Positions 23,226 through 33,331 of a stretch of DNA of 64,000 nt are shown here, one piece after another. Below the pieces are notes generated by a model that did no database searches, was not told the DNA's origin, and saw only the letters and a program-made list of their open reading frames with translations. Source of the DNA: a virus (lineage: Duplodnaviria; Caudoviricetes); the IMG/VR virus record IMGVR_UViG_3300025838_000023, positions 42,783 through 106,782 of that record; one strand, given 5' to 3'. Position 1 is the first letter of the stretch. Each line of letters starts with the position of its first letter. The position numbers were made by a program, and so were the translations under genes.

Positions 23226-23659
23226 ACAGTTAGATAAAACATCAATTTTTATCTTTTTAAATGGGCAGGGACTGTAAGCTCCTACCAACCATAGAAGAAA
23301 GTGAATAACTTGGTGTTTATTCCGATCAACGAATACGGTTATGTATGCATAATACGGGTCTTCGGGTATTTCATAGGGTTACATACCTTTTCCGATTCGA
23401 CTATACATACACTGGTTAATTACAGTAATAAAACAATTTAATTTTCTGATAACCTATCTTACGATTAAACCTTTAGATTCTATCTTATTTTATACCTTAT
23501 CTTCCTCTTTTATTTTTGTTTCGAATATTAAAATACCCCCTCTCTTCTAATACTCTGTTCTTATTTAATCATAAATAATTTTTAAATCAACTACTATTTA
23601 CATTTAATTCATATCATTCCTTTATAAAAATGTATATTATATGCGACTAGTCGCTAACA
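23226..23659 (-). mobile_element. MITE family B copy 1 (434 bp, non-coding)
   Basis: near-identical to 42238..42671; TGT core at both junctions; palindrome GCGACTAGTCGC near the left end; 3' part reads GAYSP like a TnpB tail. Confidence 0.85.
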
Positions 23660-23696
23660 CACATAATATACGGTGTTTATTGTTTATAGTCAAGTT

Positions 23697-24776
23697 TTAT
23701 TTATGAAAATCAATCAGAAAATGGGTCATACGCAGTTTTTTCACTTCTGCTCTGGATTTTCTATTAATTTTTAACATTTTCAATCTTTCCGCTTCTTTTT
23801 GGTTTATTTTATTTATTTGTTCTAATTCTTCTGGAGTTATATCATCTGCTGCATCGCCTCTACCAAAAGTGCTTAAGAATTTATTAACTTTATATGCCAT
23901 ACCATGAACTTTAATATAAATGTCTTTTTCGTTCATACTATTACCACAACATTTTAAACAATCTATACATAAAGTTCCATCTATAGCATTAGTGCAAGGA
24001 ATTTCATTTTTCTTTTTCACAAACCAATTAGGGGAAATTCTAAATGTTTTCCATCCCATATTTTTTGCAGTTTCGTATTGACTTGGAGTATCTATTGATG
24101 CCATCAAATATTTTTTATATGATGAAAACATTGGATTCTTCCATTGATGTGTATATCCAGTAATTCCTTTACTAACATTTGCAATTTTTTCAATTATAGA
24201 AAATGGTATTACAATAGGTTCTCCGTATGCTCCAAATCTTACATATTCTCCTCTAAATTTATCCCAATCTCCCATTTCTAAATATGTAGATATCTTACTT
24301 TCTACATTAGTATTATCAAATTTTGTGTTTGGTGGACATATACTTGGATAATTGCCTTTTTTATAGGATTGATAAATATTTCCAACGCCCTGTCCAAGGT
24401 TTACATAACATCCTTTACCTCTCATTGCACAATTGAAACATACTCCCTTATCCTGACCAGTTTTGACAGCAACAGTAGGTTCCACATCAGCAAGCATAAT
24501 ATAAACCTGAATCATCGGTCCAGTTTTTTCGTTTGAACTTCTATCATTAAATCCTGTAGCAATACATACAATTTTTTCACCATTAGAAATGCCATGATAA
24601 ATAATATATCCATTAGAATTAACTCGTTCTTCGTTTAATTGTCGTTGATTACTATGGTATATTTCCTCTTTGGTTAATATACTTCCACAACAATTACATA
24701 CAGAATTTCGTAATATTCCCTCTTGCTTAACTTCTGTATATGCCTTTTCTAATAAAATCTGATCTTTTGTATTCAT
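23697..24776 (-). CDS. phage Gp88-like Cys-rich (radical-SAM-related) protein
   Basis: SNEKTG, C.NC...GCYV, VRFGAYGEP, GYTHQW, C..C..C, HG; start MNTKDQILLE. Confidence 0.6.
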   Translation of the reverse strand: MNTKDQILLEKAYTEVKQEGILRNSVCNCCGSILTKEEIYHSNQRQLNEERVNSNGYIIYHGISNGEKIVCIATGFNDRSSNEKTGPMIQVYIMLADVEPTVAVKTGQDKGVCFNCAMRGKGCYVNLGQGVGNIYQSYKKGNYPSICPPNTKFDNTNVESKISTYLEMGDWDKFRGEYVRFGAYGEPIVIPFSIIEKIANVSKGITGYTHQWKNPMFSSYKKYLMASIDTPSQYETAKNMGWKTFRISPNWFVKKKNEIPCTNAIDGTLCIDCLKCCGNSMNEKDIYIKVHGMAYKVNKFLSTFGRGDAADDITPEELEQINKINQKEAERLKMLKINRKSRAEVKKLRMTHFLIDFHK

Positions 24777-24786
24777 TATGGAATAT

Positions 24787-25452
24787 TTAATGCAAATCTT
24801 CAATAAAAACTTCCAAATGATCTTTTGTTATGTTAGAAAATGGTTGTCCTGTGCGTTTCCAATTAGGATCATATTTAGCATTTTTGGTATTTCCCCAACT
24901 ACTAAAAATATCCGAACTTAAGGCATTATGGACTTCTTTTTTTAAAGCTTCAATATAAGTTTCAAAAGAAGTTTTTATCCAATCACCACGTTCGATTAGT
25001 ATTTTATTTCTAGGAGTAGTTTCTTTTAAATGATGCCAAATATCCCCATAATAATCAAAAACTCGCATCTTTGGAATCTGTTTTTCAGGCCATTTCTTCT
25101 CTACATCATCAGGATCATATATCTTATTGCCTTTATGATCTTTCTTATATTCCCATTTTGTTGTTCCTCCCAATAAAAACAATTCAACATAAGGCCAAAG
25201 AAATGCATAAATACCTTTTCTTGCTGGAGGAGTATGAAAGGTAGGAGGAAGTTTTTTACCCTCTTCATCATCAAACGAAATTCCTATTGGTATATCATCC
25301 GGTTCATCAACATTCTTCCAACGCTTAAATCCTTTTTGTGGCACAGGAGATAACCCACCATAACGAGCAAATCTTACTGGTTTTCCTGCAACTTTAAAAA
25401 TTTTCTTATTTCTAACAAAATTTTCATATAAATCTTCTAACTCTTCATTCAT
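24787..25452 (-). CDS. hypothetical protein
   Basis: 221-aa ORF containing HTPPARKGIYAF. Confidence 0.7.
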   Translation of the reverse strand: MNEELEDLYENFVRNKKIFKVAGKPVRFARYGGLSPVPQKGFKRWKNVDEPDDIPIGISFDDEEGKKLPPTFHTPPARKGIYAFLWPYVELFLLGGTTKWEYKKDHKGNKIYDPDDVEKKWPEKQIPKMRVFDYYGDIWHHLKETTPRNKILIERGDWIKTSFETYIEALKKEVHNALSSDIFSSWGNTKNAKYDPNWKRTGQPFSNITKDHLEVFIEDLH

Positions 25453-25754
25453 CCCATTATTTTTTTGTATATTGTTTTTAATGTATCATTTTCATCAAAT
25501 ACATCACCAAAAATTTTCGCATATCCCTTTTCTACCCAAAGTAACCACGCAGTTTTCCAATCTATCTCTATATTTTGATTTTTACTCTCTTCGTATTTGA
25601 ATTTATTAACGCAAGCACTCTGTAGCAACAATCTTTCGTTATATTTATTATCATGCAGAACCATCTCTTTTAAAACGCAATAATCATTTTCTCCTTTGTG
25701 GCATGGTTGATCACAAGTAATTTCATTTATAAGTTTTTGATTTTTTGTGCTCAT
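25449..25754 (-). CDS. hypothetical protein
   Basis: ORF overlapping the next start codon. Confidence 0.65.
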   Translation of the reverse strand: MSTKNQKLINEITCDQPCHKGENDYCVLKEMVLHDNKYNERLLLQSACVNKFKYEESKNQNIEIDWKTAWLLWVEKGYAKIFGDVFDENDTLKTIYKKIMG

Positions 25755-25807
25755 AATATTAAAATCTTACGTGAAATTACGAAGAAGTCAATATTATTTA
25801 TCGAAAA

Positions 25808-25903
25808 TGGCGGAAAGTTGAGGATTTGCACCCCATGCACGATTGGTTACGGCACTACCTGTTTTCGAGGCAGGATCAGCATCGCTTGTCTGATTAACTT
25901 TCC
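25808..25903 (-). tRNA. tRNA-Ser(CGA)
   Basis: loop CT-CGA-AA, long V arm, G73-CCA. Confidence 0.8.
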
Positions 25904-25915
25904 ATAAAGATTTAA

Positions 25916-25945
25916 AAGGGTGGGAGGAGATTTCCTCCCACCCTT
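25916..25945 (-). terminator. terminator-like hairpin after hsp20
   Basis: AAGGGTGGGAGGA / TCCTCCCACCCTT. Confidence 0.7.
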
Positions 25946-25951
25946 CATTAT

Positions 25952-26356
25952 TTAACTAATTTTAATTGTTTTTGGTTTGCTTTCCTCACTTCGTTTAAAA
26001 GTGATTTGCAATATTCCATTTTCAAGTTTCGCATCAACAGGATCAGCAACAACTCCATTAGGAACTGTGCTAGAGAAATACGCAGATTTCTTAGCGTTTT
26101 TACAATCAATAAAAAGAGTTTTCTTATCAATTGTAATTTTAATATCCTCTTTTGCGAAACCAGGAACTTCGACATCCACGGTAATATTCTCTTCATCCCC
26201 ACCAACAGAGATAGGAACAAATGGTTTAATTACTGATGGAAAATCGAAATCATCAAAGTTACCATTCCACCGAGTAGGCCAAAAGTCAAAAAGGCTATGC
26301 AATGGTGATAATACTCTATCTGATTTCTTTACTATTTCTTTATTATATGTTGTCAT
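25952..26356 (-). CDS. small heat-shock protein (HSP20 / alpha-crystallin)
   Basis: VEVPGFAKEDIKI, AKLENGILQITF. Confidence 0.9.
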   Translation of the reverse strand: MTTYNKEIVKKSDRVLSPLHSLFDFWPTRWNGNFDDFDFPSVIKPFVPISVGGDEENITVDVEVPGFAKEDIKITIDKKTLFIDCKNAKKSAYFSSTVPNGVVADPVDAKLENGILQITFKRSEESKPKTIKIS

Positions 26357-26468
26357 GTTTTTTATTTAGTTTAGTTTGTAATCGCCTTTTAGTTTAGGTT
26401 AGTTTGTTGTATTTGTGGCGATATTGAACAAATACAAAATTATTTATCTTCAAAGTATTTTAGCACAA

Positions 26469-26789
26469 CTAAAAATTTTGTCTATAATAAATCATAAAAC
26501 TTTTCACAGTATTTTGATTGTCTTTATCTGTGTATATTTTTGCAGTCACATAACAATGAATCTTGCCATCTAAATAAGGCTTGTTATAAATATCCCACCA
26601 CATATTATAAGTCCCAGGATCGTTATAATAATTGCATGGAGACATATCATATTCTGTAACTCCTACATTAGTTTCAATAGAAGATGTATATTCTTGTATT
26701 GACGAACATGAGGATAAAAATAACAATGAAATCAATACCAATATAACAAAACAAAAATCAAATATTAATTGTATTTTATCATTTTTCAT
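26469..26789 (-). CDS. putative lipoprotein
   Basis: hydrophobic segment ending in LSSC lipobox. Confidence 0.55.
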   Translation of the reverse strand: MKNDKIQLIFDFCFVILVLISLLFLSSCSSIQEYTSSIETNVGVTEYDMSPCNYYNDPGTYNMWWDIYNKPYLDGKIHCYVTAKIYTDKDNQNTVKSFMIYYRQNF

Positions 26790-27673
26790 ATTACGGGATG
26801 AACATTGAAAACCGTCTCTAATTTTGCAATCTCAACTTCAATTTTAGGAACATAACCTTTCGGTAAACGATTCTCGATACCTGCAAATTCTACATTTTCA
26901 TCAACCACAAAGGTTAAACGTAAATCAGTTAAATTTAGCATTATTTGAGAAGATGTCCAAACTTTATAATTTGTTCTATATGGTTCTAAATATCCTAAAA
27001 CATTTTTTCTATGAGTTCTAAGCAATCTTAATAAATCTTCTGGTGTCTTTGCCATTCTTGCATCTTTATTAGCGAAAAATACACGACTTAACGTAGATTC
27101 TCTATCATCTCCATGTTGATACCCTTGATCAGGATAAGCAATACCGTGATTTGCTCTTACCACAATTTCATTCTTATCATGCTGTATAAACTTCGGCTTA
27201 CCAAAAGATAATTTCTCAATGGATAACAAACCATCTTTATGTCCTATTACAGTATGCCCTCCTAACCCACGATGATACAAATCTAATATCTTTGCAATTT
27301 TTCTTATATCACTATATCCTAAAGCAGTTCGTATTTTATGCCCATCTTCATTAAGTTTTGAATTTTCTCGTTTCTTATCATCCGTTCCTTCTTTTTCATC
27401 TTCCTTACCAGTCAATGTAGTATTAAGAATTCCAATACCTTCAGCATTCATACCTTCAGCATAATCAGTATCAATATCATACATATACGCACATTCAATA
27501 CCATTAATAATCTCTCTAACAATCTTTAGTTTCGGATAATAACAACGGTCACGATTTTTACACAGAATATATTTACCATCAATTAACGTAGAAACGGAAA
27601 CACATTCATTCAATAGCTCATTAGCCTTTATTTGCTTATATGCTTCTTGTAATAAAATCTCGTCTTTCTTCAT
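26786..27673 (-). CDS. Ntn-hydrolase-like (peptidase C45-type) protein
   Basis: LNE-CVSV, KNRDR, EGMN..GI, RANHG; N-terminal ILLQEAY leader. Confidence 0.55.
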   Translation of the reverse strand: MKKDEILLQEAYKQIKANELLNECVSVSTLIDGKYILCKNRDRCYYPKLKIVREIINGIECAYMYDIDTDYAEGMNAEGIGILNTTLTGKEDEKEGTDDKKRENSKLNEDGHKIRTALGYSDIRKIAKILDLYHRGLGGHTVIGHKDGLLSIEKLSFGKPKFIQHDKNEIVVRANHGIAYPDQGYQHGDDRESTLSRVFFANKDARMAKTPEDLLRLLRTHRKNVLGYLEPYRTNYKVWTSSQIMLNLTDLRLTFVVDENVEFAGIENRLPKGYVPKIEVEIAKLETVFNVHPVI

Positions 27674-27696
27674 ACTACTATTTAACAAAAATCGTA

Positions 27697-27954
27697 TTAC
27701 AAACCAGCTTTATCGAGTTTTGTATAGTATTTTGATTTTCCTGGTTGCACTAAATGATCCTTTGCGGTCTTTTTAGCCATTGCCTTTTCTATTCCTATTT
27801 TATTAGGGTCTTTTTCTTTAGGATCGCGGAAATGTTCTTCATATTCATCCTTTATTCCTTTTTTAAGTTCTTTAGGATCAACTTTATTATCAGGAGATTT
27901 TCTAGATAACCCACCAGGAAGTATTTTTTTAACCAATGCATCGAATTTATTCAT
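27697..27954 (-). CDS. small protein, DUF5661-like
   Basis: EL.KGI.DE.EEH...A.K.A.DHL...YYTKL. Confidence 0.6.
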   Translation of the reverse strand: MNKFDALVKKILPGGLSRKSPDNKVDPKELKKGIKDEYEEHFRDPKEKDPNKIGIEKAMAKKTAKDHLVQPGKSKYYTKLDKAGL

Positions 27955-27981
27955 AATATTACTTATCTAAATATAAGCAAT

Positions 27982-29223
27982 CTATTTTCTATTCTTGATA
28001 TCAGATAAAAGTTCTTCCAGAACCAAATTTAAGTTTTTAATTCCTAAATTCCCCTTTCCATGCACTCGCAAACCAACATTTTCATCTTCTACATCTCTAT
28101 CTCCAATTACTAACATAGTATGAGATTTTTCTTGTTCTGCCTTTCGTATCTTATTTTTAATGTTATCATTCGACAAATCAGATTTAACTCTAATACCACT
28201 ATACAATAATTTCATTTTAATAAATTCTGCATATTTCAGAACAGACTCGGTATTTTTAACCGTCATAATATTAATTTGTATTGGGGAAAGCCATAACGGA
28301 AAATTGCCATTATAATGTTCAATAAGAAATCCTATAAATCTTTCATGTGTACCCAATGGAGCACGATGAATACATAAAGGAGTTTCCTCAGTGTTATTTT
28401 CAGTTTTATATTTTAAATTGAATCTAGCAGGAACAGCAAAATCTATTTGGTTTGTGGCAAGAGTGAATTCTTTTCCTGCCGTTGACCAAACTTGAACATC
28501 AATTTTAGGACCATAAAATGCAGCTTCATTAGGAACTTCAACAAAATTAATACCACTTTTAATTAAAGCATTACGTAACATATCCTCGGTTTTCTTCCAT
28601 AATTCAGGAGAGTCTACAAATTTCTGGCCGAGTTTAGATGAGTCGTGAGTAGAAAACCGCATTAAATATTTTTCAATACCAAAGATTTTAAAATATTTGA
28701 GATACATTTCATTAACTGCATTGAATTCTTTTTCAAATTGATCTTCGGTACAATAAATATGTGCATCATTCATTTGCATACTTCTTACTCGCATTAATCC
28801 AAAAAGTTCTCCTGATTGTTCATAACGATAACAAGTCCCATATTCAGCAAGTCGTAAAGGTAAATCACGGTAGCTTCGAGGAGATGAACCAAATATTTTA
28901 TGATGATGTGGGCAGTTCATTGCTTTGAGATAATATTTCTCAATATTCCCACTCTCGCTTTCCATATTCATAAAAGGAAACATCCTATCCTCATAATATG
29001 GAAGATGCCCGCTTGTCAGATATAAATTTTCTCTAGCAATATGAGGGGTACGTACTCTATCATATCCCGCAAGAAATTCAGTTTCTTTTGCCAGTTTTTC
29101 AAGTTCTTCAATTAAAACCGTTCCACTTGGCAACCAAAGCGGAAGTCCTGCCCCCACATCATCATCAAAACAAAACAGTTTCAAAGTTTTCCCTATTTCC
29201 CTATGATCATTTATCTCTACCAT
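27982..29223 (-). CDS. thrS: threonyl-tRNA synthetase (catalytic and anticodon-binding domains only)
   Basis: DHREIG, KAMNCPHH, YRYEQSGELFGLMRVR, DAHI, AFYGPKID, IHRAPLGTHERF. Confidence 0.95.
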   Translation of the reverse strand: MVEINDHREIGKTLKLFCFDDDVGAGLPLWLPSGTVLIEELEKLAKETEFLAGYDRVRTPHIARENLYLTSGHLPYYEDRMFPFMNMESESGNIEKYYLKAMNCPHHHKIFGSSPRSYRDLPLRLAEYGTCYRYEQSGELFGLMRVRSMQMNDAHIYCTEDQFEKEFNAVNEMYLKYFKIFGIEKYLMRFSTHDSSKLGQKFVDSPELWKKTEDMLRNALIKSGINFVEVPNEAAFYGPKIDVQVWSTAGKEFTLATNQIDFAVPARFNLKYKTENNTEETPLCIHRAPLGTHERFIGFLIEHYNGNFPLWLSPIQINIMTVKNTESVLKYAEFIKMKLLYSGIRVKSDLSNDNIKNKIRKAEQEKSHTMLVIGDRDVEDENVGLRVHGKGNLGIKNLNLVLEELLSDIKNRK

Positions 29224-29247
29224 ATTTAAATTTTATCTACGTTTTCT

Positions 29248-29574
29248 TTATTCAGGTTCCAAATATGCCTCAACGCAATCCAATAAATTCTTTAGATTTG
29301 TAATTTTGAATTCTTTTCCTCCATTGAGAGAAACCTTCAATTTTTTCTTCCCACATTCGTTTTCCCAAATATACCAATCTAACCATTCATGTTTATCACC
29401 TAAAAGCATCGACAAAGTTTTAGTATAGTTATCAAAACCATCATATAAAGCTTTCAAAACTTTACAATCAGGATCACAACTATATAAACTTCGCAATTCA
29501 TCGTAAACTTTTCCAATAACATGAAAATTATCTACCCAATCTTGCAACAATTTAAGTTTTTCAGTGCTGTTCAT
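29248..29574 (-). CDS. hypothetical protein
   Basis: WLDWYIWE motif common in phage ORFs. Confidence 0.65.
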   Translation of the reverse strand: MNSTEKLKLLQDWVDNFHVIGKVYDELRSLYSCDPDCKVLKALYDGFDNYTKTLSMLLGDKHEWLDWYIWENECGKKKLKVSLNGGKEFKITNLKNLLDCVEAYLEPE

Positions 29575-29832
29575 ATTACTTATTCTCCTTTGAGAGTTGA
29601 AGATTAATTACTTCCTCTACTGCTTGTCTTACTGCATCTTGATAATCTCTTGTACCAAATCTACGGCACAATGTCTCCAATTGCAAAGACAAAAAGGAAT
29701 TCGAAACCTTAAATTTCTTTGATCGGATTTTTTGGATGTCTCTTCTCGATAATGTTTGTAAGTCATTTGTATTCATAATGCTCATATATTATCACCACTT
29801 TATTGTTTTGTCAATGAGTTTTTTAAAATTTT

Positions 29833-29982
29833 TGGAGTTCCAGTAGGCTACGATCCTACATTATCTATGATAGTTACCGAAATAACCTCATTACGGCGAT
29901 TTGAGTTCATCCACTCCATCACTTCCGAATACTCTCTCTTTTTATGAGAGGATGTTTACCAATTTCATCATGGTTTAGCTCC
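29833..29982 (-). ncRNA. tRNA-Leu-like RNA with a ~75-nt variable domain and degenerate anticodon loop
   Basis: D arm GATGAAATTGGTAAACATC, stem CTCTC-ATAAAAA-GAGAG, T arm GTAGG-ATCGTAG-CCTAC, CCA end. Confidence 0.55.
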
Positions 29983-30013
29983 AAAAATTTAAAGTTCATA
30001 TATTTATCAAAAA

Positions 30014-30100
30014 TGGAGTGGGAGAGTGTTTTTCAACGAACCTTGGCATTTATGATAGCAACATCATAAATCTTCGGAGCAACCACCAAGCCTCCCCCAC
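30014..30100 (-). ncRNA. CCA-ended structured RNA (not a cloverleaf)
   Basis: 9-bp terminal stem GTGGGGGAG/CTCTCCCAC plus TCCA; internal CTTGG/CCAAG and ATTTATGAT/ATCATAAAT helices. Confidence 0.5.
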
Positions 30101-30102
30101 AT

Positions 30103-30630
30103 TTAAAATTTTTCACAATCCTTAAATGATATTCCTTTCTTATCCTTTTCAGATATAACTAAAATGTCATTATCAGGCCACATAATATTCAAATCCGTAT
30201 CATTCCATATAAGTGTTCTCTCCGCTTCTGGATTATATGGCTTATCTACCAAATAATTGAATTCTGCGGGAGATTCACCAACAACCATAAATCCATGCGC
30301 ACAACCAGCAGGAACCCATACCTTATTCCCAAATTCTTCACTCAATAAACATGAATCCCACTTACCAAACGTTTCCGAATCTTTGCGCAAATCTACAAAA
30401 ACATCATAAACCATTCCTTTAGTAACCCAACATAATTTTCCTTGTGCAGAATCCCCCACTTGATAATGTAAACCTCGCAAAACCTTCGGAAATGATACAC
30501 TATGATTAATCTGAACAAAATTACAGCCCTCAATCTTCCCACCCTCTACAAACATTCCTCTGTTATCTATATTGTATTTATCATGAGTTAATATCTTTGC
30601 TCCAACCACCTTAGTATCAGTATATTTCAT
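30103..30630 (-). CDS. rmlC: dTDP-4-dehydrorhamnose 3,5-epimerase
   Basis: DNRG.F.E, VLRGLHYQ, DVFVDLRKDS.TFG, VPAG.AHGF, ISEKD. Confidence 0.95.
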   Translation of the reverse strand: MKYTDTKVVGAKILTHDKYNIDNRGMFVEGGKIEGCNFVQINHSVSFPKVLRGLHYQVGDSAQGKLCWVTKGMVYDVFVDLRKDSETFGKWDSCLLSEEFGNKVWVPAGCAHGFMVVGESPAEFNYLVDKPYNPEAERTLIWNDTDLNIMWPDNDILVISEKDKKGISFKDCEKF

Positions 30631-30667
30631 TTCTATAGTTTATCAGAAATATCAAAAAATGCAAATC

Positions 30668-30741
30668 TGGTGGGAATTGATGGTAACTCTCCATCTACTT
30701 TACAATGTCAACGTAATATGATAATTTTTCACTAAACTCCC
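30668..30741 (-). tRNA. tRNA-Val(GAC)
   Basis: cloverleaf, loop TT-GAC-AT, ACCA. Confidence 0.8.
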
Positions 30742-31325
30742 AACTTTATAAAAATATCCACAAGCTTTTTGATGATATTTCGACCAAACTTATGCTTATA
30801 CTTTACTTGAAATTTCCAAAATAACATACCCAAATATGAAAATTTTAATCCATCAAAATATCTAACCAAATATTTGTCGGATAACTTACTCTTTAAAATT
30901 CCATGAACCAATAAATGCGAATCATCTAGAAATTCTATAACATCCACATCAGAATCAAATACTCTAGATGTTGCTTCATATGCCGAACTCCCACATAAAA
31001 TAACTGGATTAGGAAAATCAGTATTCACATATACTAAATGCGAAAAATCCTTGGTAACATCTTCCGAAGCTGAATAACCAAAAGGAACCTCTACTTCCCC
31101 TTCTTCAAGCTTTGGTGGTATATAATTTTTATTAAACCCAACAGTTTGATCAACAAAATCAAAAGCTTTAACTACATTCTTATCTGTATACTTGTAATAA
31201 TCATCACTACTAATATAACCAATATCTTCTTCCTTTACTTTAATTTTAGAATTTAAAACTTCATCATATCTTTTTGATAATTCTAATGTTGGATTCTCTT
31301 GTTTTTTCGGTGTTTGTTCGCTCAT
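30732..31325 (-). CDS. hypothetical protein
   Basis: long ORF inside the array; start MSEQTP. Confidence 0.65.
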   Translation of the reverse strand: MSEQTPKKQENPTLELSKRYDEVLNSKIKVKEEDIGYISSDDYYKYTDKNVVKAFDFVDQTVGFNKNYIPPKLEEGEVEVPFGYSASEDVTKDFSHLVYVNTDFPNPVILCGSSAYEATSRVFDSDVDVIEFLDDSHLLVHGILKSKLSDKYLVRYFDGLKFSYLGMLFWKFQVKYKHKFGRNIIKKLVDIFIKLGV

Positions 31326-31366
31326 ATTTTTTATATTTATCTTATAGTTAATTTTAATCAAACTTT

Positions 31367-31447
31367 TGGTATTCCAGAAAGGACTTGCACCTTCATGAAT
31401 TCTATTTACTCTTTCTAAAGTTTAGGAAACTTAGGAGATACTGGAAT
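31367..31447 (-). tRNA. atypical tRNA-Arg(CCT), D arm absent
   Basis: acceptor ATTCCAG/CTGGAAT, loop TT-CCT-AA; same scaffold as 41344..41425. Confidence 0.6.
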
Positions 31448-31456
31448 ATTTAAAAT

Positions 31457-31532
31457 TGGTGCTCACGATAGGTCTTGCACCTACACTGTCAACGTTCTCA
31501 ACGTTGTTTCTCTGCTTTTGGAATACGTAAGC
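31457..31532 (-). tRNA. tRNA-Leu(GAG), short V arm
   Basis: CAACG-TTGAGAA-CGTTG, ACCA. Confidence 0.8.
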
Positions 31533-31747
31533 ATATTATCAATTAGAGTTTTCTCTATTGTTTGAAATTCTACATTCCAAACAATCAAAAGTATCAAAAT
31601 TATTTCCTTTATTTGGTTCACTTTCCCAAGATATTTCATGGCCGCATTCTAAAGTAATAATATATCCTTCATGAAAAGATCGATACTTACTAACTCTTTT
31701 ATATCCAGCAATTGTCCAACAATCTATTTTTGTATTTTTCATAAATT

Positions 31748-31835
31748 TGGCGGAACGCTAAGGACTTGCACCCTAAACCATTTCTAGTTCCAATTGATTT
31801 CCAATCAATGTTCAACCTTGTTGAATTAACGTTCC
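31748..31835 (-). tRNA. tRNA-Ser(GGA)
   Basis: ATTGA-TTGGAAA-TCAAT, long V arm, GCCA. Confidence 0.8.
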
Positions 31836-32765
31836 ATTTAAATTTTTCTTCTCATATACTGGCAAAAACATTTGAGATTCTTCAAAACTCTTATGCACTA
31901 AAGAAATTCCATTTTTCACACTATCTTCAATATCCCTCATAAATGGTGTCTGCCCTTTCGTATCCTTATTACCAGTTATATCTAGATAAGAATATATTAA
32001 ATTTATTGCCATCTCTTCCAATGCATTAACGTTCATCTTCTCTAAATCATCAATAAGAGATAAACTATAACGAAAAATCTTATCATCAATAGTTATTTTT
32101 ATTCTCTCATCAATAACAAATAAGAAATCTGTAGGAAACCTTACAAATATTTTCTTATCAGGAAGAGATTTTTGTAATATTTCCTGAAGTTTTCTTTCAA
32201 ATTCAAATTGTTCAGATATTGTCATTTTATTCTTCGTCAAAAATATCTCCACCGTTTAAATATGCATCAACTTCTTCAACAATAACATTCCATATTTCAT
32301 CTTCCGCTTCCGCACCATGCATCTTTTTAATATCCTTAATCATCCCATTGTCCCATTCTACTGTCATTACTGCACCATCAACAGTAATAGCCCTACGCTG
32401 ATACTCCTTGTTTGATGTAGTATTCATGTTCTTCAATCCAAATACATGCCCTGGAAATTCTTCTCTCAATATCTCTAAAATTTTCATACTAGTATATTAT
32501 CACAAGGATTTGAATTATCAATATCATTTTCAGATAATTGTTTTCTAATTTCAGATATAAACAAATCTATAATATATTGTTCCATATTCAATCCATAATA
32601 AAATTTGGCATCATCCACCATATCCTCATTCCAAGAAATTTTCATCTTCCTGCCATCAATCATTAAATACTTTCTAGGTGCAAAATCATTAAGTTGAATT
32701 TCATATTCTTTCAACTCTATAACATGATCAGGAAAGTGGTTTCTTAATACTTCTAATATATCCAT
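31812..32765 (-). other. three small hypothetical ORFs; 32227..32487 and 32484..32765 are paralogs
   Basis: MKILEILREEFPGHV vs MDILEVLRNHFPDHV. Confidence 0.65.
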
Positions 32766-32803
32766 TACAATATTATATCAGAAATTATTAACTTGTCAAA
32801 ATT

Positions 32804-32879
32804 TGGTCCGGTATCTGAGTGCTGCCCTCAGTATCTCCTGATCCCAAGTCAGGCGGATTTGCTGTCTTCCTCATACCGG
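32804..32879 (-). tRNA. tRNA-Pro(TGG)
   Basis: CCTGA-CTTGGGA-TCAGG, ACCA. Confidence 0.85.
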
Positions 32880-32888
32880 ATATAAAAT

Positions 32889-32972
32889 TGGTGCGTAGGG
32901 AGAGAATTTGCACTCTCACAGAATTAACGGGTGTTTTACAGACACTTGGACTCACTCTTGTCCAGCCGACGC
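32889..32972 (-). tRNA. tRNA-Tyr(GTA)
   Basis: loop CT-GTA-AA; near-copy of 41506..41588. Confidence 0.75.
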
Positions 32973-32984
32973 AATAAAAATTAT

Positions 32985-33239
32985 AATCTTAGTAATAGCC
33001 GATTTTCTGTATCTAGTTTTCTCATTTGACTATGTAATATTACTATCACATCTCCCCGTTTATAGAGAAGCGCACCAACCCGAAGATTAAAACGATCAGC
33101 ACCAATCTATCTTCTGTTTGGCTTGCACCGTAACCATCGTGGTATTAACAAGTATTACTACTCTCCCATCGGTTCTGCTGTGGTGTATCGAACTTCCTCT
33201 GCAATCCTTTGAAAGGTGCAGCGAGAAACTGCCAAGATT
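32985..33239 (-). ncRNA. rnpB: minimal RNase P RNA (~255 nt)
   Basis: P1 AATCTTGG/CTAAGATT; CR-I GAGGAAGTTCG; GGTGCAAG; AGTCAAATG; CR-V ACAGAAAATCGGCTAT. Confidence 0.85.
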
Positions 33240-33245
33240 AAAGTT

Positions 33246-33321
33246 TGGAGCCTGTTGAAAGACTTGCACTTTCCATATTTGAATTACCGATTCAATACAT
33301 CGCTATCTATGTTTAACAGGC
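33246..33321 (-). tRNA. tRNA-Thr(GGT)
   Basis: TTGAA-TCGGTAA-TTCAA (C at position 33), TCCA. Confidence 0.75.
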
Positions 33322-33331
33322 GTTTAAAAAT

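Noticed and set aside
23205-23288. N-terminal extension MVGAYSP... of the HNH ORF
   Set aside because: Derives largely from MITE B sequence; the real start with an RBS is at 23204.
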